NCBI GenBank assembly: GCA_950097015.1
Contig: CATNEN010000031.1
Span: forward strand, 1,736,001 to 1,800,000
From: Macrostomum hystrix
Taxonomy: Eukaryota > Animalia > Platyhelminthes
Direction of reading: 5' to 3'
DNA length: 64,000 nt
The position numbers and the translations under genes were made by a program. The stretch's first letter is position 1, and every line of letters starts with the position of its first letter. Positions 1 through 13,700 of this stretch are shown here, piece after piece. Under the pieces are notes generated by a model. That model was not told the DNA's origin and searched no databases. It worked only from the letters and a program-made list of their open reading frames with translations.

Positions 1-157
1 CTAATGCTTGTTCACCCCCATCCAGGGTTGAGATTCGAACTTCGGACCTCTCAGTCAGACATCAAAATTCCCCATAAGCGCAATTTTTTAGAAGAAACCT
101 GTACCAATTCATCCTAAAAATGGTTCCTTTTTTGAAAGCAGTGCCAAACTCCAACAG

Positions 158-257
158 CAACCTGGCGAACTCGGGCAGCCCAGGGGCAAATGAAAAAAAG
201 CCCAGCTCAACCGAGGAAGCGAACTCGAACCCGGAGCCTGAGCACCCTGGTCTGTGA
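158..257 (+). CDS. Possible terminal coding exon of an unidentified upstream gene (…NLANSGSPGANEKKPSSTEEANSNPEPEHPGL*)
   Basis: caacag acceptor at 156-157, GC-rich open frame to TGA 255-257, AATAAA near 436. No recognisable homology. Confidence 0.25.
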
Positions 258-680
258 TGCGCGCGTGTTGCTGACCGGCCCCGGGACTGAAGACTGGCCA
301 ATCAGAGAGGCGCATCTTTGAGTAGCGGCAAAGCCCAAGCAAGCGCAGCAGCAGGAGAAACAGACTCGCCCCAAGATGTCCGAAGTGAATTCTCACAATT
401 AAAGTTTTTTCTCTTCCGGCTTTGTGTTGCGCAGAAATAAAATTATTTGGCTATGAAAAAAATTTGAATTAGCATTTTATTGGCAAATCTCGTGGCGGAG
501 ATGATCGAAAATTCTAGCAAGCATTTTATCAACGGCACAAATTTGACGGCGCGTTAACTTGCCGTCTTGCTTTTAGTGATTGGACTCTAAGACTTTGTTA
601 CGAGTGAGTATAATTACTGTAACTATCTTAGTTTGAGCACATAATTTTACCTACTTCATGAGCAGTACCTAGTATCAAAA

Positions 681-1275
681 CAGGAATCGCAGCTAGATCA
701 TTGCAGGAATCGTAGCTAGAATCATAGCAAGAATCGTAGCTAGAATCATAGCAAGAATCGTAGCTAGAATCATAGCAAGAATCGTAGCTAGAATCGTAGC
801 TAGAATCAGAACAGGAATCGCAGCTAGAATATAGCAGGAATCGTGGCTAGAATCAGAACAGGAATCGCAGCTAGATCATTGCAGAAATCGTAGCTAAAAT
901 CATAGCAGGAATCGCAGCTAGAATCATATCAAGAATCGTAGCTAGAATCGTAGCTAGAATCAGAACAGGAATCGCAGCTAGACCATTGCAGGAATCGTAG
1001 CTAGAATCGTAGCAGAAGTCGTAGCTAGAATCGTAGCTAGAATCGTAGCTAGAATCATAGCAAGAATCGTAGCTAGAATCGTAGCTAGAATCGTAGAAGG
1101 AATCGTAGAAGGAATCGTAGCTAGAATCGTAGCAGTAATCGTAACTAGAATCTTTGCAGAAATCGTAGCTTAGAATCGTAGCAGGAATCGTAGCTAGAAT
1201 CGTAGAAGAAATCGTAGCTAGAATTATAGCAGGAATCTAGAATCGAAGCAGGAACCGACACTGGAATCGTAGCAA
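681..1275. repeat. Minisatellite, ~12-bp core (agctagaatcgt) with 23-24-bp higher-order variants
   Basis: Directly visible tandem units upstream of the GPCR gene; ends approximate. Confidence 0.9.
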
Positions 1276-1749
1276 GAGCAGTATCGAGAATATTAGTGCA
1301 TCAGAGTTGCCTATTGTCTGTAGAAACGCCCCCACCGGGTGTTTCTCAATTCTGTCCATCAATAGTTAAAAGTAAGCAATGCACCGAGCAGTGCTCGAGT
1401 TCTGCATTATTTGCTGGCAAAAAATTACCAATTGGAGACCTTGAATGGAGTGCAGTGGGCGGGCAGAAGTGAATGAGCGGGGGTCTCACCTATAGTCTAC
1501 TAGCCTCTCTATTCTATAGTTATTTCGAGTCTCAGCATTGGAAAGGCAGTGTTGAAATGAGTTGAGTTGGACGCTGGGCGCACCCAAACCCACCCAACTA
1601 TTTTTTTCTAAATATCGCATCTGTAATCTTTTTGTGTGCAAGCAAAACTTTCATTGTTCGCCGCTCTGCCCTTCCCTATCGAAGCTATAGCGCTATAGAA
1701 TTTTATTTGGGAGAATTCTGATCAACAGAGAATTATCCCTACACTACAG

Positions 1750-4700
1750 ATGGCCATCCGGCAGCTGAGCGTCTCGGCTGTGATCTTCCTGTTCGTCGGA
1801 CTGCACTGGTCGACGCTGTTTGTTGAAGCCTCGCTGGAGGCCGAAGTCTGCACGGCCAGCGCCGACTCGCCGTTCTCGTTGAGCGGACCCAGCTCGGCTG
1901 CCTCGGTGCGGCTTCCGGTGCTGGCCGCGCTGCGACGTCCGGGCACCGACGGCTTTGGCTGCTCCCGGCTGGCGGATGGTGAGGCCGCGAGTGCAATTTC
2001 GCCTTCGTCCTGCGCCGGCACCTGAACTTGCGTCATTGCCTCTAATTCTCCTCTAGCGTTTGAAGCGTTGAGGAATATGAATTTTGAGGAATAGGAATTT
2101 TCAGGAATATAAACTTTGAAGAATTTGAAGTTTGAGGAATATGATGTTTTGGAATATGAACCTAGGGGAACATCAATAAACTTTGAGTAATATAAAGATT
2201 TTGGGGAATATTTAGTTCAGGCAATATCAGTAAAGCTTTCTTGGAAACTCTAGGTTCGTGGGAAGTGAAACCTTCCCCCTTCATCCTAAATATCTTTCAC
2301 GATTTCCCGTTAAATCATTTCAATTGGACATCACCTCCTCACTCCAGATGCCTGGCCAGCCATCAAAGCCCTGGAGTGGGCGTTCGACCTTCTCAACGCC
2401 GAGTCCTCGACGGCGGGCTCAAGTGTGCCAATCAATGACAGCTACATTCCCGGAGTGAAGTTCGGTGAGAACTGTCAAGTCATCATCAGATTTCAGGCAA
2501 TCCAAGTTGAATATGGCTGAAATAGGCCTTCAAAATCTCATTGGCTGACGTTAGTCACGTGCTTGGATTTCCAGACAGAGAAAATATAATCTAGCTGTGC
2601 TAGGCCAGATGTACTGTCAGTGGTACAGCCGCAGCTATTGCGCGGGGCTTCTCAGCTCGATTCCGCGGCGAGGCCACATTCATTTGGGGCGCAGCAGCGG
2701 AGAGAAGGCTTGGAGGCTTGTCGTGCAATTTACGCCCTTGATTGGAACTTGGAACTTCCAAGGCACAGTGAGAGTGCACACTGCCTGACGATGAGAGAGT
2801 CAGCGAAATTGGGAGAATTGCCTCTTCGTTGGCTGCGGGTCTAGTGTCATCAAACGATGCGCCATTGCCCGCAGCCCTCCGGAAATAATTTCACTAGCGT
2901 ATTGTTAAAGTACGAGCGTACTAAAGGTTTAAGTGCATTTCTCAAGGGCTTTCGGGTGAGTTTCGAGCTCCCGATCTCACAGTCAAAAGTTCAAAACTCC
3001 AACCACGAACCAATGACCACTTGACTTGGCCATTTTAATTTATATGCAGTGATGACCGTTCACGACACCTGCGGTCGGCGCCAGGTGACAGACTCGCTGC
3101 TGGACACCCTATTTCCCGACCTAGTGTCCGCGTCCGCCTCCTGCTCGGCCAACCGGACACTCGTCCCCGGCGTCATCGGCCCGGCGGACACCGTCTCGGC
3201 GGCGTCCCTGGCTCCGCTGCTCAATGACTTCGGCATTCCGCTGGTGTCTTACTCGGCCAGAGGACCGGCGCTCAGCGACCGGTCCGCCTTCCCCAACTTC
3301 TTCAGGACCATTCCGAGCGACACGGCACAGTTTGATGTGAGTCGGTTGGAGCACTGACTCAGCGGTAGGATCTGCTGCTGGGTAGCGGGATGTTAGGGGC
3401 TGAATGAGCTCAGCGATATTGCGTCTGACTCGAGTACTGAAGTTCCTGAGTTCGAATCTGCATATCTACACACCCGGTTAATGCGTTCCTGCGTACAGCA
3501 TTTGTGTACTCAGGGGTATAATTACTGTGATAATTTTTAACAGTTAAAAAACTCTTTAGGTTCTGAGCAGTAATATTTGAGAAATCAATGTTACTTATAT
3601 CTGATCCATAACATATCGCAACGGGGGGGGGCTGAGTGGCAGAGCTGTCTACCGCGTTTGCCTCTCGCACCAATGTCCGTGAGCTCGATTCCGCGGCGAG
3701 GCCACATTCATTTTGGAGAGAAGGCTTGGGGCTTGTCGTGCAATTTACGCCCGACAAGGGCCAACCTCCAAGGCACAGTGAGAGTGCACACTGCCTGTGT
3801 GAGTGTGTGCCTGAGTACGGTATCTGTGTGCGTGTGTGCTCAGGAGTCGCGAAATGGGAAGAATTGCCTCCTTGCTGGCTGTGGGTCTAGTGTCACCAAA
3901 TGATTTGCCTTTGCCTGCAGACCTTGCGCAGTTATTATTATTATTATCACAAATCGCAACAGGCCATCGGAGCAGTGCTCAAGCAGTACAACTGGACTCA
4001 CATCGGCATCTTGTACACGACTGACGCTTACGGCACGGCAGGACAATCGGCCCTCATCAGCCTCAGCGCCTCCATCGGTGTCTGCGTTGGCCAGGTGTCG
4101 GCCATCAGCGTCTCACCGACAGCCGCGGAGGTGACGGCAGCGCTCAGCCGGCTGCGGGACTCCGGCGTGCGCGCCATCGTGGCCGTGGCCTCGCTGACAG
4201 ACTTCTCCGTCCTGTTCAACGACCCAGCGTCTGCCACATTCCAATGGATCATGTCCGACTCGTTCGGCAATCCGCCAGCTCTGCTAGGCGTGAAGAATGC
4301 TCGCGGCCTGACCTCCGTGAGCCTCGGCTTCCGACCGAACGACGCCTTCGAAACGTTCTACCTGAACAAGCTGAAGTCAATCAGCGAGAGCACGGACCCA
4401 AACGCCGATGCGGCCTTCAAGCAATGGTACATGCAGGCCAACAACTGCACCCTGACTGGCATGACCAACTTTGCCAGCCCAACGGCGCCCGCCTGTCCGG
4501 CCTTCAACATGGCCGCAGCTGTTGCCCGATACCAGCAGAACCGCCTGGTGGAACCGGCCATCGACGCCGTCTTTGTCATCGTGCGGGCTGTCCGTCAGCT
4601 GTGGCAGGCCAAGTGCGCCGGCGTGAGGGGCGTCTGCGCGGCGCTGCGCAGCGCTACTTACGCTGAGCTGCGCACTGCGATTGCCGGCACAGATTTCAGC

Positions 4701-7700
4701 TATACGGATGCTGAGCGAATTTCCAGGTGATTTCCTAAAAATAATAAAGACAATAACATTTGCACGAGGTTGTGCGAATTACTTTGACAGTCTATCCAAA
4801 ATAATTGATAATTGATAGTCGCATCTGAAGGCTGCGTACGGCTGTTCAGTCCATCCTCAATTTAACAGCTGGGTCAACCGACGAAATTCAGAGTTAAGTG
4901 TCTTGCTAAAGGACACACTCTGCGTCCAGTGGAGTCAAGTATCGAAACCCCGACTTGTAAGTCGTGAGTACGAAGCTCTAACCAGTAGGCTACACTTTCC
5001 CATCGTCAGGCGAAGTGCGAGAGAATAGTTCTCCAAGTGTGGGCTCGCCACTCACACCCGTATTAAAATTGAAGGTGCTGAAGTGTTCGTGGTTTAGAAA
5101 TTGGTTCACTGATTGGCGATAAAATTTGGTTGAGATATTAACGGGCTCTAGACGTCAGGAAATTGAACTTGAAGTTGAAACAGGCCTTTTTAAACCCCTG
5201 GCATAATCCAGATATTCAACAGCCAGCAGTGAGCCAGACCGTCAGGTGAAGCGGCTGCGTCTGACGAGCTCCGGCGATCCCTACGAGACGAACTACTTCA
5301 TTCACAACCTGCGCCCCAACGGCACCGGCTTCGCCTACGCGCGAGTCGGGGTTCGACTCGCTGGCACTTTTCCCGAGTGGCTGCCCGGAAGTGTGAACAT
5401 GTTCGATCTGGCCAGGTAAGTCTGGACTGCTATGCAAACACGATCTGAAGCGGCTGAGTGGAGAGCGGTTAACGCGTTCGCCTCTCGCTATAATGTCCCT
5501 GAGCTCGATTCCGCGGCGAGGCCACATTAAATTGAGGCGCAGCCGTGGAGAGAAGGTTTGGGGGCTTGTCGCGCAATTTACGCCTATAAGGGGGCCAACC
5601 TCCAAGGCACAGTTAAAGTGCACACTGCCAAACGATGAGAAAGTCAGGGCAGATGTACACACCCGTGTGAGTGTGTGCCTATGTACAGTATCTGTTTGCG
5701 TGTGCGGGATGAACAGAATTGCCTGTGTCACCAAATGATATCTGCCGTTGCCCGCAGCCCTCCTGCAATAATTATTATTATTACACGCAATCGGAAGTCG
5801 CGCTGTGACTCGAAGTAGTCTGCATTAACGAAAAAGCACCTCAAACTACTCAACAGGGACGCCGTGATCCCCACGCCGCAGTTCTCCTGCCCGACAGCGC
5901 CCTGTTCCGGCTGCCTCGCCGCGGCGCCAGACTTCAAATACGCCCTCGTATCTGGCGACGTCTACCTGCTCGGCGTGTTCTCCGTGCACTCGCCCGGCTC
6001 CAGCCCGCGCAGCTGCGGCGCCCTCAGCCTGGACGGTAGCAGCGAGCTGGACGCGTTTCTCTACTCCATCAGCCAGGTGAACGCTTTGGCGAATTCGAGC
6101 AGTCTGATTGGCGCAGTGGCAATCGACGACTGCGGCAGCTCCGTGCTGGCCCAGGACCTGGTCGACTCACTGCTCAGCGGCACCCGAAGCATTCCCGGCG
6201 TTGACGCCAGCCGGATCATTGGAGTGATCGGCGCCGGTGGTGCAGCCAGCACTGACGGTATCGCGCAGATGCTGGCCTCGCAGCAGAGGTCGCAGATTTC
6301 CTACCGACCAGCGGCTCTGGCGTCCAGTCCGTACCTGTACCAGACCGCGGCCTCCTCGGCAGCCGAGGCTGAGGCTCTGCTCTCCACGCTGCAGTCGCTA
6401 TCCGTCAACTATGTGCAGCTGGTCAGCTCGCAGGATCCGGTTAGTCGGGAGACGGTGCGCCTATTCCTGGCCGGAGCGAGCTCGCGACGCATCTGTGTCT
6501 CGGCCAGATTCGAGCTTGGCACCAACGGCAGCCACGCCCAGGTCATGGCGCAGGTCCGGACGCGCACAGCCGCAGCCACTGTGGTTGCCTTGGTGACGGC
6601 TAGCGACGCGGCTCTCCTAGTGTACCAGGTGACGGCACCGTTTCAGCTAGTCGGCGGCTCCGCCTGGGGCTCCAGCCAATCAGCGCTGGCCTCAGCCAGT
6701 ACCAGCCAATCGCTGGGTGTCATTACTGCTGGCGAGCCGCGATCCGCTTCTACCACACCCTATCAGAGCTGGGCAAGCCGCACTCGTGGCCTGGCCACTG
6801 AGACAGCCGCCAATCCCTGGTACTCTGAGTGGTTCGAAACCCTCAACAGCTGCTCCCTGTCCGCCACTAACATGCGCGGCTATACAGCACTCTGCCCGAC
6901 AGTCGACTCACACGTGCTCACAGCATCGTCCAGGTACACCGAATCGGCCTACACCAGCGCAGTGCAGAGGGCGTCTGCCACCTACGCTTCGGCAGCGTCC
7001 AGCCGACTGCGGCGCATTTGTACCTCGGGCAGCGTCGGCGTCTGCACCGCCTTCTGGTACGCCGGCAATGGCACGGGCAGCGGGCTGCAGGCTGACCTGC
7101 TCGGACAGTTCGGCGCCAGCAGCTTCACCGATCCGGTCACAGGATCCGCCTTTGTCTTCGCCAGTCGCTCGGTGCCAAACTTCGGCCTGACTCTGTACAA
7201 TGTGAGAAATGGCAGCGGCCCAGTTTACCAGGCCATCGGAGCCACTGTGCCCAGCTTCAGTCTGAGCACTGGCTTGCTGCAGCTTGCTCACGGCGCCACC
7301 TCGCTTAGCTCTTCTTGCACGGACGTCTCCAGGTGCAGCGAGTGCGCGCCGTACTTTACAGGCACACCCAGCTACCTGTACCTGCCAGGTGACCTACTCA
7401 TTGGTGTTCTTGTGAACGTGCGTGCGCCTGGCTCAACTGGCGGTGCCTGCGGTGCCGTGAAAACCGGAGAAGGTTTCGTCTACACCGAGGCAGTCCGGTG
7501 GACTCTGAACTACATCAACAACGGCAGCAAGTCAGACGTGCGTCTAGGCGGCTCTGTAAAGCTTGGCGCTCTCATCCTGGACGTCTGCGGCTCCTCGTCG
7601 GTGGCCATCAGTCTGGTGACGTCCATCACGCAGGGCACGCTGCTTCTGGCCGACAGGTCCACCGGGTCCAACATTGACGCCTCTCGAATCCGCAGCTGGG

Positions 7701-10700
7701 TCAGCTACGGCGACTCGGTGACCACCGCGCTGGCTCCGGTGCTCAGAAACCTGGGCGGCGTCCCTTTGGTCAGCCCGTCGGCCAGCTCGGACGATCTGAC
7801 TGCGCTAGCCGTGTTCCGGACAGTGCCGTCCAGCCTGTCCCAGGTTCCGGCCATCATAGAAGTCATCAAAAGGTTCAACTGGAAGTGCGTCCAGCTGGTG
7901 TACTCCAATGATGACTACGGCAACAGGCTGGCGACGGAATTCCGCGTGCAGGCTCTCAGCAATGGCATCTGCGTGCACCGCTGCCTGCAGGTCACCACGG
8001 ACGGCTCAGTGGCTATGATCTTAACTAGCATCATTGGTAAGACCGAGCTGGTTGATTCAACTCATTGCATTGTCGAGATATTCAACGATTCTCGCCCGGT
8101 GCCTGGTGGCAAGAACCACAAATAAAGGAATATTTTTTCTGCTCACAAAATTTCACCATGTAACCATGTCGGCTATCATTGTTAACTATTTTATATTGGT
8201 TAAATTGTAAATGTTTTCATTTTTATTCCATATGGACTCATACGGAACAATGTTACTTGTTCCTGTAACAAGGGTCTTCGACAAGAATTGCTGAATATCT
8301 CGACGATGGCGACGTAGAACGGCTTTAAAAGTTATTTCATGGTCAAGGGCTGAAAATTTTGATCCATTTGGTGGACTTTCACAAAAATCTGTCAAAAATC
8401 GGTCATCGGCTATCGTGAAGTAGGCAGCGGGTATTTGAAATTCTTCTCGTCCTCTTTCCCTAGGGGGAAAAATAGCATTGTCTTTCTACTGTTAAAGTAA
8501 TAGAATTTTTCACATCCCTCTGTCCCCACTGCAGACGACATTTCCAAGACCCGCGTGGTGGTCGTGCTATCAGATAATGCTGCCGATCTAGTCCAGCTGA
8601 CGGCGGCCAACAATGGTCTGGTGTTCATCGCCAGCAACTTCTGGGGCGAGATGACGCGCGACAGTTCACTCAGCGGCCTGGGCCCGGGCGCCAACAACAG
8701 CTGGGTGCTGCAGGTGAACTCACCTGATGTTGCCGGAGTGACTGTCCACCTGAGCAGCTTGTCGGCAGCCAGTAGTAGCGACAATCCTTGGCTGGTGAAT
8801 TTCTACGAGGCCCTGTACAACTGCAGCACCAGCGGCAGTCTGGCCTACAGCTCCCGGTGCAATAACACCTGGCCAATCACAGCATCGCCGCAGTTCTATC
8901 CGGGCCTGTTCACCATGACAACCACTAACGCGTTGTTTAGCATTGCGCGCGCCTTCGGTGACATGCTGGCGACTAGCTGCTCGAGCTCCTACACCAGTGA
9001 GTCACATTTGCTGGGGAAAACTGATTCAGAAAAGGGTGCATAGACGCAATGGTCCAAGGACTACTAGATAACTAATTAGACTAGACTTTACAACGCAGTT
9101 TTCCAAGTGATCCTTGCAATGGTCTCGCACCAAGGTGCCTGAGCTCGAATCCGCGGCAAGGCCACATTCATTTCGGGTGCAGCCGCGGGGAGAAGGCTTG
9201 GGGGCTTGTCGTGCAATTTACGCCCCTGAGGGCCAACCTACAAGGCACAGTGAAAGTGCACACTGCCTGACCATGAGAAAGTCAGGGCAGATGTACACAC
9301 CTGTGTGAGCATGTGCGTGCGTTCGGTATCTGTGTGAGTGTGTGCTCAAGTGCCTGCGAAAGGGGCAGAAGTGCCTCCTCGCTGGCTGCAGGTCTAGTGT
9401 GACCAAATTGTGCTCCTTGGAGGTTGGCCCTCAAGGGCGAAAATTGAACGACAAGCCCCTAAGCCTGCTGACCGCGGCTGCACCCCCAAATGCATGTGGC
9501 TTTTGAGCCGCGGAATCGAGCTCAGGGACCATGGTGCGAGAGGCTAACGCGTTAGACCGCTCTGCCACTCACCCCCAAGGCACAGTGTACCCCCAAGGTA
9601 CAGGTCAAGGGTGGGTATTACTGTCAGCCCGACATCTTCAATGCATCCCACATCGTGCAACACGCAGCCGTCTGTCCGAATTTCTGGTCGAACGCCGGAC
9701 TAAACGGCCAACTGGCAGGCAAACTCTCTGCTGTCAGCTTCACAGCTCTGGGCACTACAAGCGAGTTCAAATTCCTTGGCACTCGCGACGGCAACATGGG
9801 CTGGCTGACGCTCAACCGGGTGAACGCTGACTACGTGCCAGTGGCTACATATGTATCTGGAGCGTTCAACCCATTGCTGGCATTCTCCAGCCGCAGTTCC
9901 ACATACAGCTCCGTGCCTGCCGCCTGCCCCAGCTGCACGAATTGCCCGAAATCGCTGGACAGGACGGAGAAATTTCTCTACGTGCCCGGCCAGTTGCTGA
10001 TTGGCGGTAAGTCCCTGCGGGCGGGGCCGCGCTCATTCCCTGAGCTTCACATTCCTGAACTGCACATTACCTGGACTGCACATTCCCTGGACTGCACATT
10101 CCCTGAACTGGACATTCCCTGAACTGCACATTCCCTGAACTGCTCATTCCCTGAGCTTCACATTCGCGGAACTGCTCATTCCCTGAGCTGCTCATTCCCT
10201 GAGCTGCTCATTCCCTGAACTGCTCATTCCCTGAACTGCTCATTCCCTGAACTGCTCATTCCCTGAACTGCTCATTCCCTGAACTGCTCATTCCCTGAAC
10301 TGCTCATTCCCTGAACTGCACATTCCCTGAACTGCTTATTCCCTGAACTGCTCATTCCCTGAACTGCACATTCCCTGAGCTTCACATTCGCTGAACTGCT
10401 CATTCCCTGAACTGCTCATTCCCTGAACTGCTCATTCCCTCAGCTTCACATTCGCTGAACAGCTCATTCCCTGAACTGCTCATTCCCTGAACTGCTCATT
10501 CCCTGAACTGCTCATTCCTTGAACTGCTCATTCCCTGAACTGCTCATTCCCTGAACTGCTCATTCCCTGAGCTTCACATTCCCTGAACTGCTCATTCCCT
10601 GAACTGCTCATTCCCTGAACTGCACATTCCCTGAACTGCTTATTCCCTGAACTGCTCATTCCCTGAACTGCTTATTCCCTGAGCTTCACATTCCTGAACT

Positions 10701-13700
10701 GCACATTCCCTAAACTGCACATTCCCTGAGCTTCACATTCCTGAACTGCACACTCCCTGAACTGCACATTCCCTGAACTGCACATTCCCTGAACTGTACA
10801 TTCCCTGAACTGCACATTCCCTGAACTGTACTTTCCCTGAACTGCACATTCCCTGAACTGTACATTCCCTGAACTGCACATTCCCTGAGCTGCACATTCC
10901 CTGAGCTGCACATTCTCTGAACTGCACATTCACTGAACTGCACATTCCCTGAACTGCTCATTCCCTGAACTGCTTATTCCCTGAGCTTCACATTCCTGAA
11001 CTGTACATTCCCTGAACTGCACATTCCCTGAACTGCACATTCCCTGAACTGCTCATTCCCTGAGCTTCACATTCCTGAACTGCACATTCCCTGAACTGCA
11101 CATTCCCTGAACTGCTCATTCCCTGAGCTTCACATTCCTGAACTGCACACTCCCTGAACTGCACATTCCCTGAACTGTACATTCCCTGAACTGCACATTC
11201 CCTGAACTGTACTTTCCCTGAACTGCACATTCCCTGAGCTGCACATTCCCTGAGCTGCACATTCTCTGAACTGCACATTCACTGAACTGCACATTCCCTG
11301 AACTGCTCATTCCCTGAACTGCTTATTCCCTGAGCTTCACATTCCTGAACTGCACATTCCCTGAACTGCACATTCCCTGAACTGCACATTCCCTGAACTG
11401 CTCATTCCCTGAGCTTCACATTCCTGAACTGCACATTCCCTGAACTGCACATTCCCTGAACTGCTCATTCCCTGAGCTTCACATTCCTGAACTGGACACT
11501 CCCTGAACTGCACATTCCCTGAACTGTACATTCCCTGAACTGCACATTCCCTGAACTGTACTTTCCCTGAACTGCACATTCCCTGAACTGCTCATTCCCT
11601 GAACTGCTCATTCCCTGAACTGCACATTCCCTGAACTGTACATTCCCTGAACTGCACATTCCCTGAACTGTACTTTCCCTGAACAGCACATTCCCTGAAC
11701 TGCACATTCCCTGAACTGCACATTCCCTGAGCTGCACATTCCCTGAGCTGCACATTCCCTGAGCTGCACATTCTCTGAACTGCACATTCCCTGAGCTGCA
11801 CATTCCCTGAGCTGCACATTCCCTGAGCTGCACATTCTCTGAACTGCACATTCACTGAACTGCACATTCCCTGAACAGGCCTTTTCGACGTGCACAACTC
11901 GGGCTCCGTGCCATTCAGCTGCGGCACAGTGCGCAGCGAGAACGGCTTCCTGCTGACCGAGGTGTTTAAATATGCCCTCCAGTCAATCCCAAGCAATCCG
12001 ATTTTCGCTCGCAAACTCACCGGCGTGTCGATTGGCGGAGTCGTCTTCGACACCTGCTCGTCCACGGTGCGGGCCGACAGTCTGGTGGCGAACTTCCACT
12101 CGGGCTCCATTGTGCTCAGAGACTCCAGTCTGGGCCGCATCGATCCGGAGACCCTCATGGCCTACGTGGCAGCTTCCACCTCGGAGGCGGCAGACCAGCT
12201 GTCCAAGGTGAGTGTTGCGTACCTGCGGACTATGTGGTTAGTGCATCGGACTCACGACTTAAAGGTTAGGGATTCGTTTCCCGACTTAACTGGAGCAATA
12301 TGTGTCCTTTAGCAAGACACTTAACTCTGCATTGCTTCAGTTCACCCAGCTGTTAAATGGGTACCAGCATTGGCTGGGGTAATTGAGGGTGAGTGTGGCG
12401 TCCCCCCAGTCCATGGACTGAACAGCTGTACGCAGACTTTAGAAGCGTCGCGCTATGGCTGTGGCTGTGCCGTCGGCTGCACACCTGGCTCAATGGGCGC
12501 AGGTGTAATAAATAATAATTATTAATTAGACTGTTAATTGCAACTTTAGGTCACGGACGTGATCCAGACGCCAGTGATCTCCTACGCAGCCACAATGAGC
12601 TCGCTCAGCAACAAGCAGCTCTATCCGTACTTTTCGCGCACTGTGCCCAGCGATGACAAAGCCGCCTTTGCCATCGTGGACTTCCTGAAACGCTACGGCC
12701 TGACCAATGTGCAGTTTGTGCTGTCTCCGGGGGCCTACGGCACCAGCGGACTGCAATCCGTGCGGCGAGCCATCGTTAATGAGGGCATCTGCATTAGTAG
12801 CACGCTGCAGGTGAGGTCACTAAGCCATTATCGAATTTTTAGGGTCTGACGAATTTGTTTGCGATTGTTTGTCCTTGGAAGCTTTGCCGGTTAAGTGATG
12901 GTCAAGTGACGATAAAAAATGCGGGTCAATTGATCCAGTATCCTACAACATACACCAAACAGACAACCTGAACACTAGAGCGATCAACCCGAGAGCACCC
13001 ACCACCCCACAGCATCCACCACCCCACAGCACCCACCACCCCACAGCACCCACCACCCCACAGCAACCACCACCCCACAGCACCCACCACCCCACAGCAA
13101 CCACCACCCCACAGCACCCACCACCCCACAGCACCCACCACCCCACAGCACCCACCACCCCACAGCACCCACCACCCCACAGCACCCACCACCCCACAGC
13201 ACCCACCACCCCACAGCACCCACCACCCCACAGCACCCACCACCCCACAGCACCCACCACCCCACAGCACCCACCACCCCACAGCAGCCACAAACCCACA
13301 GCAGCCACAAACCCACAGCAGCCACAACGCCACAGCAGCCACAACCCCACAGCACCCATTCATTAGCTTCTAACAACTTTTCCAAGCTTACTGATTTGTC
13401 TCAGGGTCTGCAGCAACAAGCAAAAAAAGCTTAACAAAACAAAAGCTGACAAAAATCTCAATCAACTCGCAGGTGAACCGGACTGGCTTAACCTCGGTGA
13501 ACGCCGACCAGATAGCTTCGGAACTGTTGAAGCGACCCCAATCAACGGTGGTTGTCACATTCTTGCAGTCCAACGACTTGGCCGAACTTCTAGGCGCGGT
13601 TTCGCGAAACAATCTCACCGCGGATCGTTTCCTATTCATTGGTAAGTCTAGGCTTTGAACGATGAAGCTGCAGTAAAAGTCCTGTCGTTAATTGTGAAAC

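Noticed and set aside
3623-3700. tRNA genes at A/B-box-like motifs (also 12228, 13715, 24325, 40780)
   Set aside because: No complete cloverleaf; each continues into a shared SINE body.
10672-13385. Minus-strand ORFs with MCSSGNVQ… and WWVLWGGGCC… repeats
   Set aside because: Translations of intronic minisatellites, antisense to the GPCR.
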